From contig CAWFXL010000001.1 of the NCBI GenBank assembly GCA_963819815.1, positions 512,001 to 576,000 on the forward strand: a stretch of DNA of 64,000 bases, written 5' to 3'. Origin of the DNA: an uncultured bacterium (GTDB taxonomy: Bacteria; Babelota; Babeliae; Babelales; Babelaceae). The notes under the pieces are model-generated. The model searched no databases. It saw only the letters and a program-made list of their open reading frames with translations, and was not told the DNA's origin. Shown piece after piece: positions 20,743-30,864 of this stretch. The first letter of the stretch is position 1. Every line of letters starts with the position of its first letter. The translations under genes were made by a program, and so were the position numbers.

Positions 20743-20978
20743 GTGAATTCACCGGGTCTTAAAAGACACGGCTTCCTACTTCATTGAAACCGCCAATGCA
20801 AGTCTCTCCATAGGCATTAAGCTTGTCAATCCCAGCCGAGCTATAGGCAGTGCAGCATTTATATCTCGATCCAGCTTTAATCCACATCCGCAACAATCAA
20901 ATACTCGCATGCCCAATCGCATTTCTTGTTTGTTGCCACATGATGAGCACAGTTTACTTGATGGGTAGAATCGATAAA
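20743..20978 (-). mobile_element. tnpB: IS200/IS605 relic: TnpB C-terminus plus right end
   Basis: RFYPSSKLCSSCG..RVFDCCGCGLKLDRDINAA (Zn ribbon and RuvC-III), stop at 20776, then GAAGCCGTGTCTTTTAAGACCCGGTGAATTCAC hairpin ending in TTCAC. Confidence 0.88.
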
Positions 20979-21297
20979 CCTGATAGACCGAGAGAACTCG
21001 CTAAAGTGACAAATAAAGAGAATCCAAGTGCACCTTTCTTAATGAAATAATTTCTTATTCTTAATATATGAAAAACATACCGTACAAACTACCCCTTATT
21101 CAAGAGTTTCTGTCAATGGAGCAACAACCCTTGCGGCTATGTAAGGTAGCTGACAATCTTCACATAAAGATGACCCGATCATGTAATTGGGGAACACTTA
21201 GACCTGGATAACGGTCAAAGTTATGATACTATTTGCAAAATAATACTATAAATGATATAATTAGATTCTCAAATAAATAATCAGAGGGGATATTATT

Positions 21298-21849
21298 ATG
21301 AAATCAATCACCACGTACTTCCTCCTTTTTGCATGTACTCCGAGCGCTCTATACGCTATGGATGCCACTAAAATGCATACAAAGGCACCGTTACAAACAC
21401 CTCTTCACGCTGCAGCCCGTTTGGGGGACAAACGAGAATGCAAAGCACTTATTAAGCAGTACCTTCTAGCCCGCAAGGGAGGAGTCGACCCATTAGACTC
21501 TAATGGCAATACACCATTACATATTGCTGCTTTAAAAGGGCACTATACGATATGTGAACTCCTCATCAAAAATGGGGCTAACCCCTCTATGAGGAACCTC
21601 AGAGGTCAGATTCCCTATGATGTACGAAAACGAGGCCTTAAGCCATCGCTCCAAGAAGATTTTGCAGAGCTTCTAATCCCGCATGGTACAACAAGCGATA
21701 CGAGCAGCAGCGATAGTGAGACAGATGATTCTGCTACGGAAGTAGATCCTGTAGAAGGAGTAGCAGGCAGCGACAACGAAAACAATGTGTTCAACGTACG
21801 TCGACGATCAAGGAGTAAGATCTACGGGCCGGCTAGGTATTCACTGTAA
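21298..21849 (+). CDS. Exported ankyrin-repeat protein with acidic/basic tail
   Basis: QTPLHAAA, GNTPLHIAALKGH; signal ..ALYA-MD. Confidence 0.88.
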   Translation: MKSITTYFLLFACTPSALYAMDATKMHTKAPLQTPLHAAARLGDKRECKALIKQYLLARKGGVDPLDSNGNTPLHIAALKGHYTICELLIKNGANPSMRNLRGQIPYDVRKRGLKPSLQEDFAELLIPHGTTSDTSSSDSETDDSATEVDPVEGVAGSDNENNVFNVRRRSRSKIYGPARYSL

Positions 21850-22103
21850 CTTCTGTGTATACAAGCTTGCATTCGCATCAGGTATGTTATTTGCAACCTC
21901 AGAGGCGCAGCTCAGTTTTATGGGCTTCTAAACGATATCAAGACTGATCTGCACACATAGAAAATATTTTCTCATAAACCTACTATATTATTGACAATTG
22001 TTGAAGAAAAGTGGTATTTTATCTGATAGAGGGATGGATCTAACGTCCATGGCCTCAAATGTAATCGTGTTGCATTTTAAACCCACTAAGAAAGGAACCC
22101 TCC

Positions 22104-22415
22104 ATGAAAAAATATTGCATTGGACTCATACTAGTAGTAGCTTCAAGCTTGAACCTGTATGGATCACCCGCACTTGACAAATCACAAATCTTTGCAATTC
22201 TTGAACGTCTTGCAGCTACTGAAAACCCCAATCAAGCAGACCAAATGGAACTTGTACAAGTTGGACAAGCGCTGACGCAGATGGATAACAAGGATTTCAG
22301 TGAAGATGAGGCCAAAAGGCTTGCTGCACTAAGTCAACTAATAACCTGCAAGGCATTACTTCCGATGTGTACTATGTGTACGCAGGTTGTAGAGGCGGCC
22401 CAGTCACCAAAATAA
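22104..22415 (+). CDS. Small exported hypothetical protein (CxxC)
   Basis: Signal peptide; AAGGA RBS; CTMC near C-terminus. Confidence 0.7.
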   Translation: MKKYCIGLILVVASSLNLYGSPALDKSQIFAILERLAATENPNQADQMELVQVGQALTQMDNKDFSEDEAKRLAALSQLITCKALLPMCTMCTQVVEAAQSPK

Positions 22416-22633
22416 AATCGAATCCCAGTAAACTGATAAAAACGATCTTTAGATCTGCAGAAGTTTACCTGGAAGTGAAAGTACGAGTATAGATTGTATA
22501 TTCATACAACTTTCGATTCTCCCTTTTCATAATCACTCTTACTAGGAGCAGATTTTTTAGTAGCGAAGTTTTAAGAGCATAGTGTTTATGCTTACGATAA
22601 GGTAAACCTAGAGTATTGAAAAAGGACCGTCCT

Positions 22634-23041
22634 ATGATAAACCTGATACTCCTCATCTTACTCGGGATAGGCTTTTGCGTATCACTCTACGCCTTTAGCA
22701 TAGAACAGAAAATTGCAACCAACCCTCAGTATAAACCAGCATGCAATATTTCTGATCGTATATCATGCACAAAGCCATTGCTCAGCGCTTATGGCAAATT
22801 GCTTGGATTCTCTAACTCTATTGTCGGATTGCTCTTCTATCCAACCATGGCAACTCTTTTATTCGTTGGAGAAGATCTTTTGCTCCTCATTGGTGCAGTA
22901 GGATCGTGTATCTTTACGATCTATTTAGCCTATATTCTGTTTGCGAAGGTAAAGGCACTTTGTTTAATCTGCCTCACGATTTACGCTGTGAACTTGTGTA
23001 CTTTGGTTGCGGCTTTATACAAGTATTACGGCTGGACATAG
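22634..23041 (+). CDS. Vitamin K epoxide reductase (VKOR) family protein
   Basis: CNISDRISC..SAYG loop and CLIC active site; TM helices. Confidence 0.9.
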   Translation: MINLILLILLGIGFCVSLYAFSIEQKIATNPQYKPACNISDRISCTKPLLSAYGKLLGFSNSIVGLLFYPTMATLLFVGEDLLLLIGAVGSCIFTIYLAYILFAKVKALCLICLTIYAVNLCTLVAALYKYYGWT

Positions 23042-23182
23042 AAAGCAGAAGATACAAGATCACTCAACTCCTCTACTACTAGATCACCTGAGAGAAAGCA
23101 TGTAATGCAATTTTATCTTTAAATTGTTATCAATAACCGCTTTCATAAAATTCATATTCTTTTTATACTCATCAAAAAACTA

Positions 23183-23755
23183 ATGCGATCAAAAACCAAA
23201 AAGGAAAGCATGCCAGCTGTTTTTAAATGGATAGATACTCCTGTAGGGAATGTAAAGATTATTGCTCATGATAAGAAACTTAGCGCACTCGTATGGGAGA
23301 AATCCCAAGAATTACCTACAAGTGGCTCGCTTATTGAAGATTCCAATCATAGTATCTTATGCGCAACAGAGGCACAGTTAAAACAGTTCTTTGCAGGTCA
23401 GCGCACTTCTTTTGATCTTACTCTAGAGCTGCAAGGCACGCAATTTCAAAAAGAAGTATGGTTGGCATTATCTGAAATTCCCTTTGGTATAACCGTAAGC
23501 TACTTATCTATCGCCCAAAGAATTGGTCGACCACAGGCCGTTCGTGCGGTCGGGACTGCGATTGGAAAAAATCCCTATTCTATTATCATTCCGTGTCATC
23601 GTGTTATTGGCATAAATGGAAAACTCACCGGTTTTGCAGGAGGATTATCGGTAAAGCAAAAGCTTTTGGATTTTGAAGCATCGGTCTATAAAGATATGCA
23701 AAATGGAAAAACATCATCCCATCTAGATGGGAAGGTAACTTGTATCGAGGTATGA
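23183..23755 (+). CDS. ogt: Methylated-DNA-protein-cysteine methyltransferase
   Basis: GTQFQKEVW, RAVG, IIPCHRV. Confidence 0.95.
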   Translation: MRSKTKKESMPAVFKWIDTPVGNVKIIAHDKKLSALVWEKSQELPTSGSLIEDSNHSILCATEAQLKQFFAGQRTSFDLTLELQGTQFQKEVWLALSEIPFGITVSYLSIAQRIGRPQAVRAVGTAIGKNPYSIIIPCHRVIGINGKLTGFAGGLSVKQKLLDFEASVYKDMQNGKTSSHLDGKVTCIEV

Positions 23756-25159
23756 TGAACCCGTATCGGCGCCTCTCACACCGGCTACCAGCAGTTCAAG
23801 CAAACCCAGTGATGGTTGATCGTATGGGCTTATCTTCCAGAGCGCGAAGCTACTAGCCGATTCCACCAGAGCACGTGTACCATTAGCATTAAAATCCACC
23901 ACAAGCACTGGGTCAAACAACTGAGAAGATCCGAACGTTTTTATAAGTTTTTGGGATGCTACATCCCATTGAGTTGCTGTACCATCCTGAGAGCCAGTAA
24001 GAATCTGACTAACATCGCCATTAATGGCTACTGCAGTAATAGGTTTTAATTGTTTAAATGTAGCGATGCACGTACCTGTAGCAGTACTCCATAACATAGC
24101 GATGCCGTCTTTAGATCCAGTGAGGACATACTTTCCATTGCGGCTAAACACCGCCGCCTGAATTGGGGCATCGTGACTCAACGTACGAATTCTCGTTCCA
24201 TTGCCAGCATTCACTAAGCATGCTTCACAGCGAGATTCTACAGAGTCTGTAAGAATATACGCAATCTCCCCAGGATGAAAACTTACTAAGCTCATGAGAT
24301 TCGAGTTAATGAGATGTGCTTGCAAGAGGAGTGTACCAGAGGTTACATCCCACAACCTGATCTTTCTGGTATATCCTTCTGCAAGTACTTTTAGGCCATC
24401 TCTACTCATGCAACAGCACTTAACAGGTTCGCCAAAATCGAATGTCCCTGTAAGTGCACCCGTCATCAAGTTCCATAGTTTAACCGTATGATCTTTGGAG
24501 CCTGAGAGCACTTGATTTTGGGTAGGACTAAAAGAAACCGATGTAACTACATTGTAATGCCGATATATCATCTCAGGCAAAGGATCAGTAACTTTCCAAA
24601 GAGTAGTAAGAATGAACTTTCCATCATGACTTACATCAACAGAAAGCACAGGCTTGTCCTGCTTAAGGGTCTTTAGAAGAGTACAGTCCTTTGTCTTCCA
24701 GAGCTTGACAGAACCATCGTAAGCTCCGGTAACAAGATATGTGCCATCAGAACTAAAAGCGCGACAGGTAATATCCCCAGCATGCTCTAAAATACCCTGG
24801 TAATCACCCGAAGGCAACGCAAACAGGCATGCCCCGATATGTTCCATAGAATTATTATCCCGACTCATAACAATAACCTGAGAACTATCTGGTGTAAACC
24901 CAGACAAATTCTCATGCCGCAGATTAAGCTGCAACATCTCAACTTCTTCATTGGAGCCAGTAGCTCTCGCTTCACTTCTTGCCTGGGAAAAGGTATTAAG
25001 CGCCTGTACTGCCTCTAGCGAGCTACTCGATGCTTCATCCCCAAACGCAAGAGCACTCGCAGCAGTGCTACTAATCGTATGCGCTAGAGTCATACCATCT
25101 AATGCGAAACCCCCAGCGGAAAAGACTATAAGAGCGCTCACCGTTTGCAATCGTTTCAT
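23723..25159 (-). CDS. Exported WD40-repeat protein
   Basis: LVTGAYDGSVKLW, VLSGSKDHTVKLW, VLTGSKDGIAMLW, ILTGSQDGTATQWD; signal peptide. Confidence 0.92.
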   Translation of the reverse strand: MKRLQTVSALIVFSAGGFALDGMTLAHTISSTAASALAFGDEASSSSLEAVQALNTFSQARSEARATGSNEEVEMLQLNLRHENLSGFTPDSSQVIVMSRDNNSMEHIGACLFALPSGDYQGILEHAGDITCRAFSSDGTYLVTGAYDGSVKLWKTKDCTLLKTLKQDKPVLSVDVSHDGKFILTTLWKVTDPLPEMIYRHYNVVTSVSFSPTQNQVLSGSKDHTVKLWNLMTGALTGTFDFGEPVKCCCMSRDGLKVLAEGYTRKIRLWDVTSGTLLLQAHLINSNLMSLVSFHPGEIAYILTDSVESRCEACLVNAGNGTRIRTLSHDAPIQAAVFSRNGKYVLTGSKDGIAMLWSTATGTCIATFKQLKPITAVAINGDVSQILTGSQDGTATQWDVASQKLIKTFGSSQLFDPVLVVDFNANGTRALVESASSFALWKISPYDQPSLGLLELLVAGVRGADTGSSYLDTSYLPI

Positions 25160-25323
25160 GAAATGAACCTTTCGGGATCCATGATCTTTTTAGATTTACT
25201 ATTTGACAAAAGAGTGTATACTTTACATTAGTATTATTACTTATAACTTATACAAATAAACATGTCAATGTGGCCATGTTTACACTGAAGCCGCTTTGTA
25301 TACACTAACACTTGAGGTCCATA

Positions 25324-26622
25324 ATGAAATATCTCATATACACATTGCTCTTAATTCTCAGACTTTCTCCCGCTGCCGCAATGATGATGGATAAGGCTCG
25401 TATTGAAGAGGATGCTGGAAAAAATCTCTACCCTGCGATTCAAAAAGTATCGAATACCTTCTATACCAGTAAAATACCTCATAAGAATTTAACGCTGGTT
25501 ATGGAGCGAATTGACGGACGTACCCTTCCTTTGTGGCTCAACTACATCTCAGTTCAAAGCAATGAGCGAGTTACCATGCTAGCGAGTAGCGATATAAAAG
25601 GCACTACTGGTGATGGTTCTCTTCATTTTAAAAAAGTTTTAGAGGAAGCACTATTTGAAGCAAATGAGGTATGGGTTGCTTACGTTAGCAGGTCTGATAA
25701 TCCACAACCAATCCCTGATTCGATGGAAAAATATTCAGTTAAGACAATTGACAATCTTGTTCCTTTTGCCAAAGATATTGAAATGTTTTTAACGGTTACC
25801 TCTTCACCACAAGCACTCATTACTTCACATGTAGGTATTGCAAGCACCTACGAAGGTTTTTTGCAAGGTCGCACGAAAGGCACTTCACTTGATCTACACT
25901 CTTTTGCAGCCAAAGTAATGCTCATGCGCAATCCAAAAAGAAGATGCATGGTTAATGCTCCCGGATTTGCCATGGGAAAAATGATGTTAGATACGCTGCC
26001 TCATGCAACTTTTTTCGGTACACGCGAAATGCTCCAGGTAATGAAAGAGCGACAAAAAGTATCCTTTGAAGAATTTAAGAAAGACAATGAAACGTTGACT
26101 ATTAAAATACTCAAAGAAATGGCGGCTAAGCAAGCAGTGCGCTTTAACATGAGACTCAAATCCTCTCTTAGCCAGCTTCATGAGGGTAAACTTGAAAATG
26201 AAACTGAAGAAAGCCTACACCAAGAAGCTGTCGAGTCTATTCCACCTCAGGCTGTGATAGAACTGCAGGGTGGGAACTTTGTTATCTCAGAATCAAAAGT
26301 AGCCGCTCGCCTCCCTAATAAACTCCAGGAGGCGTATAATGACTTTAAGAACCCTTACCGTCTTCCTGGAGAGGTCAATGCAGAAAGTTTTCTCGCATTG
26401 ATGGAAAAGCATCCCCCTCTTCTTTCTGTGGATGAAGTTACCGCTATCAAAAATTCTTTTGCTCTTTTTGGTTCTGAAAAGTCTGCAGAACCATGGTTGT
26501 CGGTTGTTGATGGAAATACAAACTACCAATGGATGTTTACCGGAACTTTTCGTCCTACGGGCTCCACATATTACTTAGTGGTAGACTTGAGAGCTTTGGC
26601 AGAGAGCAGACCAGTTGCTTAA
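25324..26622 (+). CDS. Exported hypothetical protein, paralog of 2141..4144
   Basis: Signal MKYLIYTLLLILRLSPAAA-M; colinear with the C-terminal ~400 aa of 2141..4144. Confidence 0.8.
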   Translation: MKYLIYTLLLILRLSPAAAMMMDKARIEEDAGKNLYPAIQKVSNTFYTSKIPHKNLTLVMERIDGRTLPLWLNYISVQSNERVTMLASSDIKGTTGDGSLHFKKVLEEALFEANEVWVAYVSRSDNPQPIPDSMEKYSVKTIDNLVPFAKDIEMFLTVTSSPQALITSHVGIASTYEGFLQGRTKGTSLDLHSFAAKVMLMRNPKRRCMVNAPGFAMGKMMLDTLPHATFFGTREMLQVMKERQKVSFEEFKKDNETLTIKILKEMAAKQAVRFNMRLKSSLSQLHEGKLENETEESLHQEAVESIPPQAVIELQGGNFVISESKVAARLPNKLQEAYNDFKNPYRLPGEVNAESFLALMEKHPPLLSVDEVTAIKNSFALFGSEKSAEPWLSVVDGNTNYQWMFTGTFRPTGSTYYLVVDLRALAESRPVA

Positions 26623-26736
26623 CTTCTTAAATTAGATTTTTGCTGTGAGGTGAAGAACTACTCTTATGAGTTGATAAGCCATTCATTGTATGTAGTATAA
26701 TTTCCTGATGTACACTTTAACTAAAAGGTAGGATAT

Positions 26737-28722
26737 ATGAAAATGTTAAAATTAGGCTTGGCCTATTGTCTTTATATAATGTTCCCGGTATCTGGTATGA
26801 GTGAAAACAAAATCGCACACCATAACCAAAAGATTCGTGAGGCAACGAATATTGCTATAGATGTGCTGAAAAGTCGTAACTCTCAGTCAACAGAAACTCA
26901 CCAAGGGGCAAAAACTGACCGTCTTCTTTTTGAAGCAGTTGACGCCTTTAAGAAGAATAGACCACAGGGAAGTATAACTGCAGCCTGCATAGGCAAAAAG
27001 AATGAGAACTTCCAGACCTTGTGCCAAAATGGTACCTTACAAGAGCTTGATAGCACCCATCTTGCACCGAAGTCTGCTGATATACTCCTAGCTCCCCATA
27101 GCCTTTATGAGGACATTTCGGCTATCTTTACCGCTTCTGAAAACCTGCTTACTCATTCAGAGTCATTACCCAATCATCCCTTTTTTACCTGTTTTGAAGC
27201 ACTGAAAGAAGATGGTGAATTCATTGCAACTCTATTCAGCGGACCAACAATACAACAGTGCACTGACCTACTGCTTGGCAGCCATGGATTAGATCTGAAA
27301 AGTGGTTTAACCGAAGGATGTCCTTCATTAAAAATCTTTAACAGCTTTGAACTTTTTATACGATGCTTGGATATCTTTAAAACACAATATGCACGACAAA
27401 CAGGTAAGCATATTTCCTATAGCCTGTCAGACAGACTGATACGAACACCCTTGAAAGAATACTGTGAATCGTACCTACAGCGCAACCCGGCTATTCTTGA
27501 GCTCAGCCCAAGTCAGCGCGAGCAATTTATCCGCTTGCTATCAGTATTTGTGATAGATGGTAACGTAGCTGATTATGAGATAACGATACGAATGTCTCTT
27601 TCTACATCGGTAAAGGAAAGACGTTCATTTAAACCTATTGGTCTTGAACCTGAAAGTATGATCCAGAAAAAAACTCCCTCACAAGGAAATGATATCTCTG
27701 TAGGGCAACAGGATCTCACGAAACAAATTCAAAATTTGAATGGTAGTGAACTATCTATGCCCTATATAAAGGATGCCGATGGAGAGGTACAGCTCGCAGC
27801 TTTTGGCAATTTGCTTGCACAAAAAGAGCTTACCATTCTTGACGTCGGCGGAGGACGCGGTGAAACAAATGCTCTTATTGATGCAGTTCAACAACAAGGA
27901 GTTACGGTTCACTTGGTTAACCTCGAACCATATGGACCTTTTGTACAACCCTATATTGATGCCCATAAAAAAGTTGGGGTCAAAGATGTTCAGGTCGTAC
28001 AAAAGAATATGCAAGATGCTTCAATCTCAGAAATTAGACAATGCTTTGGTAGTAAGAGCCTTGATGTAATACTTGCTTCACATTCATTCTATTTCTTACT
28101 TGGGGAGCTGCATACAGCTTCATGCCAATCACTCGACACTCTTGAGAAACTCATGGGCCACCCTCTCTGGAAATATTTTGATCTTGTACGTAATGGCGGA
28201 AAGATTATTGTAACCATGCAAAGTGGTTCTGGAGCTCGGGTGTATAGAAATATGCTATTGGGCAATCATGGATTAAGCGAAGCAAATGAAGTTGATACGA
28301 CACCACTTCTCAGAAGCTTTGGTTGCATCGCAACCTTCCAAAGGCATCTTGCCCACTTCATCAAACAGTATGAAGAAGTAACTGGCAATGCAGCTACTAC
28401 ACGCTTGCATATGGGAGTAGCTAACGTCCCGTTAGGAGAATGCACCATACAAAAAGACTCAGCAACTGGCGGCTACCGACTTATCAAGAAGAATGGAAGC
28501 TCTCAAGAAGAACTAGCTCTTGCCCATAAAATGTTTGATTTCTATGGAAACTGGAAAGATTTAGAAGCCACTGCATGTGCAGCTGAGGACAGCACAAAGC
28601 GCGCGGAAGCATGCAAAATGCAGCAAACTTTCCTGCATATCGTAAGAATGTTCGCTCCGGGCTTAAAAAATATGCAACATCCAAATGGTACACTCGAAAT
28701 AACGGTTTTTAAGAAGCATTGA
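26737..28722 (+). CDS. Exported tandem class I SAM-dependent methyltransferase-like protein
   Basis: ILDVGGGRGE motif I, LVNLEP, DVILASHSFY, GGKIIV; homologous N-terminal half (DILLAPHSLY..HP..GEFIATLFSG). Confidence 0.75.
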   Translation: MKMLKLGLAYCLYIMFPVSGMSENKIAHHNQKIREATNIAIDVLKSRNSQSTETHQGAKTDRLLFEAVDAFKKNRPQGSITAACIGKKNENFQTLCQNGTLQELDSTHLAPKSADILLAPHSLYEDISAIFTASENLLTHSESLPNHPFFTCFEALKEDGEFIATLFSGPTIQQCTDLLLGSHGLDLKSGLTEGCPSLKIFNSFELFIRCLDIFKTQYARQTGKHISYSLSDRLIRTPLKEYCESYLQRNPAILELSPSQREQFIRLLSVFVIDGNVADYEITIRMSLSTSVKERRSFKPIGLEPESMIQKKTPSQGNDISVGQQDLTKQIQNLNGSELSMPYIKDADGEVQLAAFGNLLAQKELTILDVGGGRGETNALIDAVQQQGVTVHLVNLEPYGPFVQPYIDAHKKVGVKDVQVVQKNMQDASISEIRQCFGSKSLDVILASHSFYFLLGELHTASCQSLDTLEKLMGHPLWKYFDLVRNGGKIIVTMQSGSGARVYRNMLLGNHGLSEANEVDTTPLLRSFGCIATFQRHLAHFIKQYEEVTGNAATTRLHMGVANVPLGECTIQKDSATGGYRLIKKNGSSQEELALAHKMFDFYGNWKDLEATACAAEDSTKRAEACKMQQTFLHIVRMFAPGLKNMQHPNGTLEITVFKKH

Positions 28723-28730
28723 TCAGCAGT

Positions 28731-28763
28731 AGGCAGGCCAGAACTTCAGCGCCTGACCTGCCT
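28731..28763 (+). terminator. Hairpin after methyltransferase gene
   Basis: aggcaggccag...ctgacctgcct. Confidence 0.5.
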
Positions 28764-28929
28764 GTCTGTAAGAGTTTTTAGTTTCCAGAGAAAGAGAAGG
28801 CCGGATCAAAAGACCGGCCTTCTTTGGCGGAATACTTTAAGATCTGAAAAGATTGCGCTACATCAACAACAAAGAGACGAAGTCGGGAAAATATCGATAA
28901 TTTGACCCAAGAGTCAAAATATAACGCCG

Positions 28930-28995
28930 GTTTCGTCATTTTTGCAAGCAAAAATGACGACGCAAATGTCATAATGAGACTCAAAATGACGAAAC
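28930..28995. promoter_or_regulatory. Clustered inverted/direct AAAATGACGA repeats upstream of ATPase gene
   Basis: tcgtcatttttgc-aa-gcaaaaatgacga (28933..28960) plus aaaatgacgaaac (28983..28995). Confidence 0.6.
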
Positions 28996-29019
28996 TGATG
29001 TCATATTGCAGGTGAAAAC

Positions 29020-30181
29020 ATGGAATTTAGCTATATTCAACGTGCTTTTAAAGAACCTGAAAAAAGTTATTTTTTATTCGGTCCGCGAGGAAGTGGTAAA
29101 TCTACTATGTCTACGAGACGCCACCCAACCGCACTTTTCATTGACCTCAGAATACCAGAATTGCGCTATAGACTCCTTGCGACACCAAGCTTGCTCCAAG
29201 AACTGGTAAGAGCACAACCAAAAGGACAAACTATAGTGATTGACGAGATTCAAAAAGCACCTGAACTTTTGCCCCTTGTACACGCACTTATCGAGGAGAA
29301 GAAAAAATGGAAATTCGTTCTTACTGACTCCAACGCAAGAAAATTAAAGCATCAGGCCGTAGATTTGCTTAGTGGCAGAGCATTAAAGAAAATATTACAT
29401 CCATTTATGGCCTCAGAGCTTGGGAAACAATTTAACTTTGAAGAGGCCCTCACCTATGGAATGCTTCCCATCAGATTTGGAGAAAAAGATCCTGCTGAGT
29501 TTTTGCAAGCATATATTAGCTTATACCTAGAAGAAGAGATCCAGTCAGAGGGTCTCATCCGTAGACTTGAGCCTTTTACTCGCTTCTTGCAAGCAATTAG
29601 TTTTTCACATGGCTCAGTGATAAACGTTACTAACATTTCTAAAGAGTGTGCGGTTAATCGAACAACTGTCATCGAATGGATCTCTATACTGGAGGATCTG
29701 CTCATTTGTTACCAAATCCCAGTTTTCACTCAGCGAGCCAAAAAACAAGTTATAGCACATCCTAAATTTTATTTTTTTGACACAGGAGTGTATCGAAGTC
29801 TGCGACCGCAATCACTTAAAGATCCATTTCCCGAATTAGATGGCCCAGCTCACGAAGGACTCGTGTTGCAACATCTGATGGCATGGCGAGATTATACAAC
29901 TCAAACATAGCATCTATTTCTGGCGAACCAGGTCAGGCGTAGAAGTTGATTTTGTTGTGTGGGGTCCGCTAGGATTATGGGCAATCGAAGTTAAAAATTC
30001 TCAGACTGTTCGCCCTGATGATATTCGTTCGCTCAAGGCATTTCAAGAGGATTATCCCGAGGCAAAAGCACTACTTTTATATAGAGGCAAGGAAAGACTT
30101 TTAAAACAAAATGTACTGTGTCTCCCCTGTGATGAGTTTCTTCTTAATCTAGTGCCAAACAAGAGTATTAATCTTACATAG
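29020..30181 (+). pseudogene. AAA_14/DUF4143 ATP-binding protein, frameshifted near 29900
   Basis: GPRGSGKS, IDEIQ, HPKFYFFDTG; reading continues in another frame as KHSIYFWRTRSGVEVDFVVWG..IEVK; TGS motif reads TDS. Confidence 0.85.
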
Positions 30182-30267
30182 CTTAATTACGCCCCAAAGA
30201 TCGACTCTTTTGGCATTTCTTTCAGAATAGAAGCCTGTGTGAGAGAATTATAAACCAGCACCAGCAC

Positions 30268-30295
30268 TTGACATTTATATAATTTTTACTATAAT
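30268..30295 (+). promoter_or_regulatory. Sigma70 promoter
   Basis: TTGACA-N16-TATAAT upstream of 30338. Confidence 0.7.
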
Positions 30296-30337
30296 AAACA
30301 TTAGTAATTTTTATAAACAGAAACAACCTGGAGACTT

Positions 30338-30790
30338 ATGAAATATATGATATATGGCCTATTGGCAATGGCAGCATTCAGCATCAAATTAGTTGTTGAA
30401 GCATGCCCTTTCACTTTTTCAAATGATGGGACCGCAAACGTTCTTATTTTTGATACTAAAGATGGTAAAAAATACTATGCAGCTGCCGGCACCAGTGTAA
30501 ACATCCCGGGTTCTATTGCTGAGCCTACTCTGTGGATATATACTGAAGCTGCACCAAGATCGGAAATTTATAAACCTGTGTATGGTATTGTTGAAGAAGA
30601 ATGTATGCCAGAGGATGCGCCAGCCGTTGTATTAAAATGGAGTAAGCTTAACAATCTTGCGAGAACATTAGATAGATTCGAAGGATTTAGGATTAGGCAC
30701 TATAACCCTACTGAATATCCTGAAATTGTTCGACAAATTAATCATGGTTCTTCGTTCCTAAGTAGGCTTTTCTGCGTTCCTTGCTGCTAA
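30338..30790 (+). CDS. Exported hypothetical protein ending in ..FCVPCC
   Basis: GGAG RBS, signal peptide, own promoter and terminator. Confidence 0.75.
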   Translation: MKYMIYGLLAMAAFSIKLVVEACPFTFSNDGTANVLIFDTKDGKKYYAAAGTSVNIPGSIAEPTLWIYTEAAPRSEIYKPVYGIVEEECMPEDAPAVVLKWSKLNNLARTLDRFEGFRIRHYNPTEYPEIVRQINHGSSFLSRLFCVPCC

Positions 30791-30818
30791 CGTTGTCAGC
30801 GCACAAATCTTAGTTCTT

Positions 30819-30843
30819 TGGGGAAAGCGCACGGCTTTCCCCA
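30819..30843. terminator. Intrinsic terminator between convergent genes
   Basis: tggggaaagc-gcacg-gctttcccca. Confidence 0.7.
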
Positions 30844-30864
30844 TATTTATATGTCGGCGAGGAA

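Noticed and set aside
22020..22100. Leader hairpin as a possible riboswitch
   Set aside because: Does not match conserved motifs of any riboswitch class I can recognise
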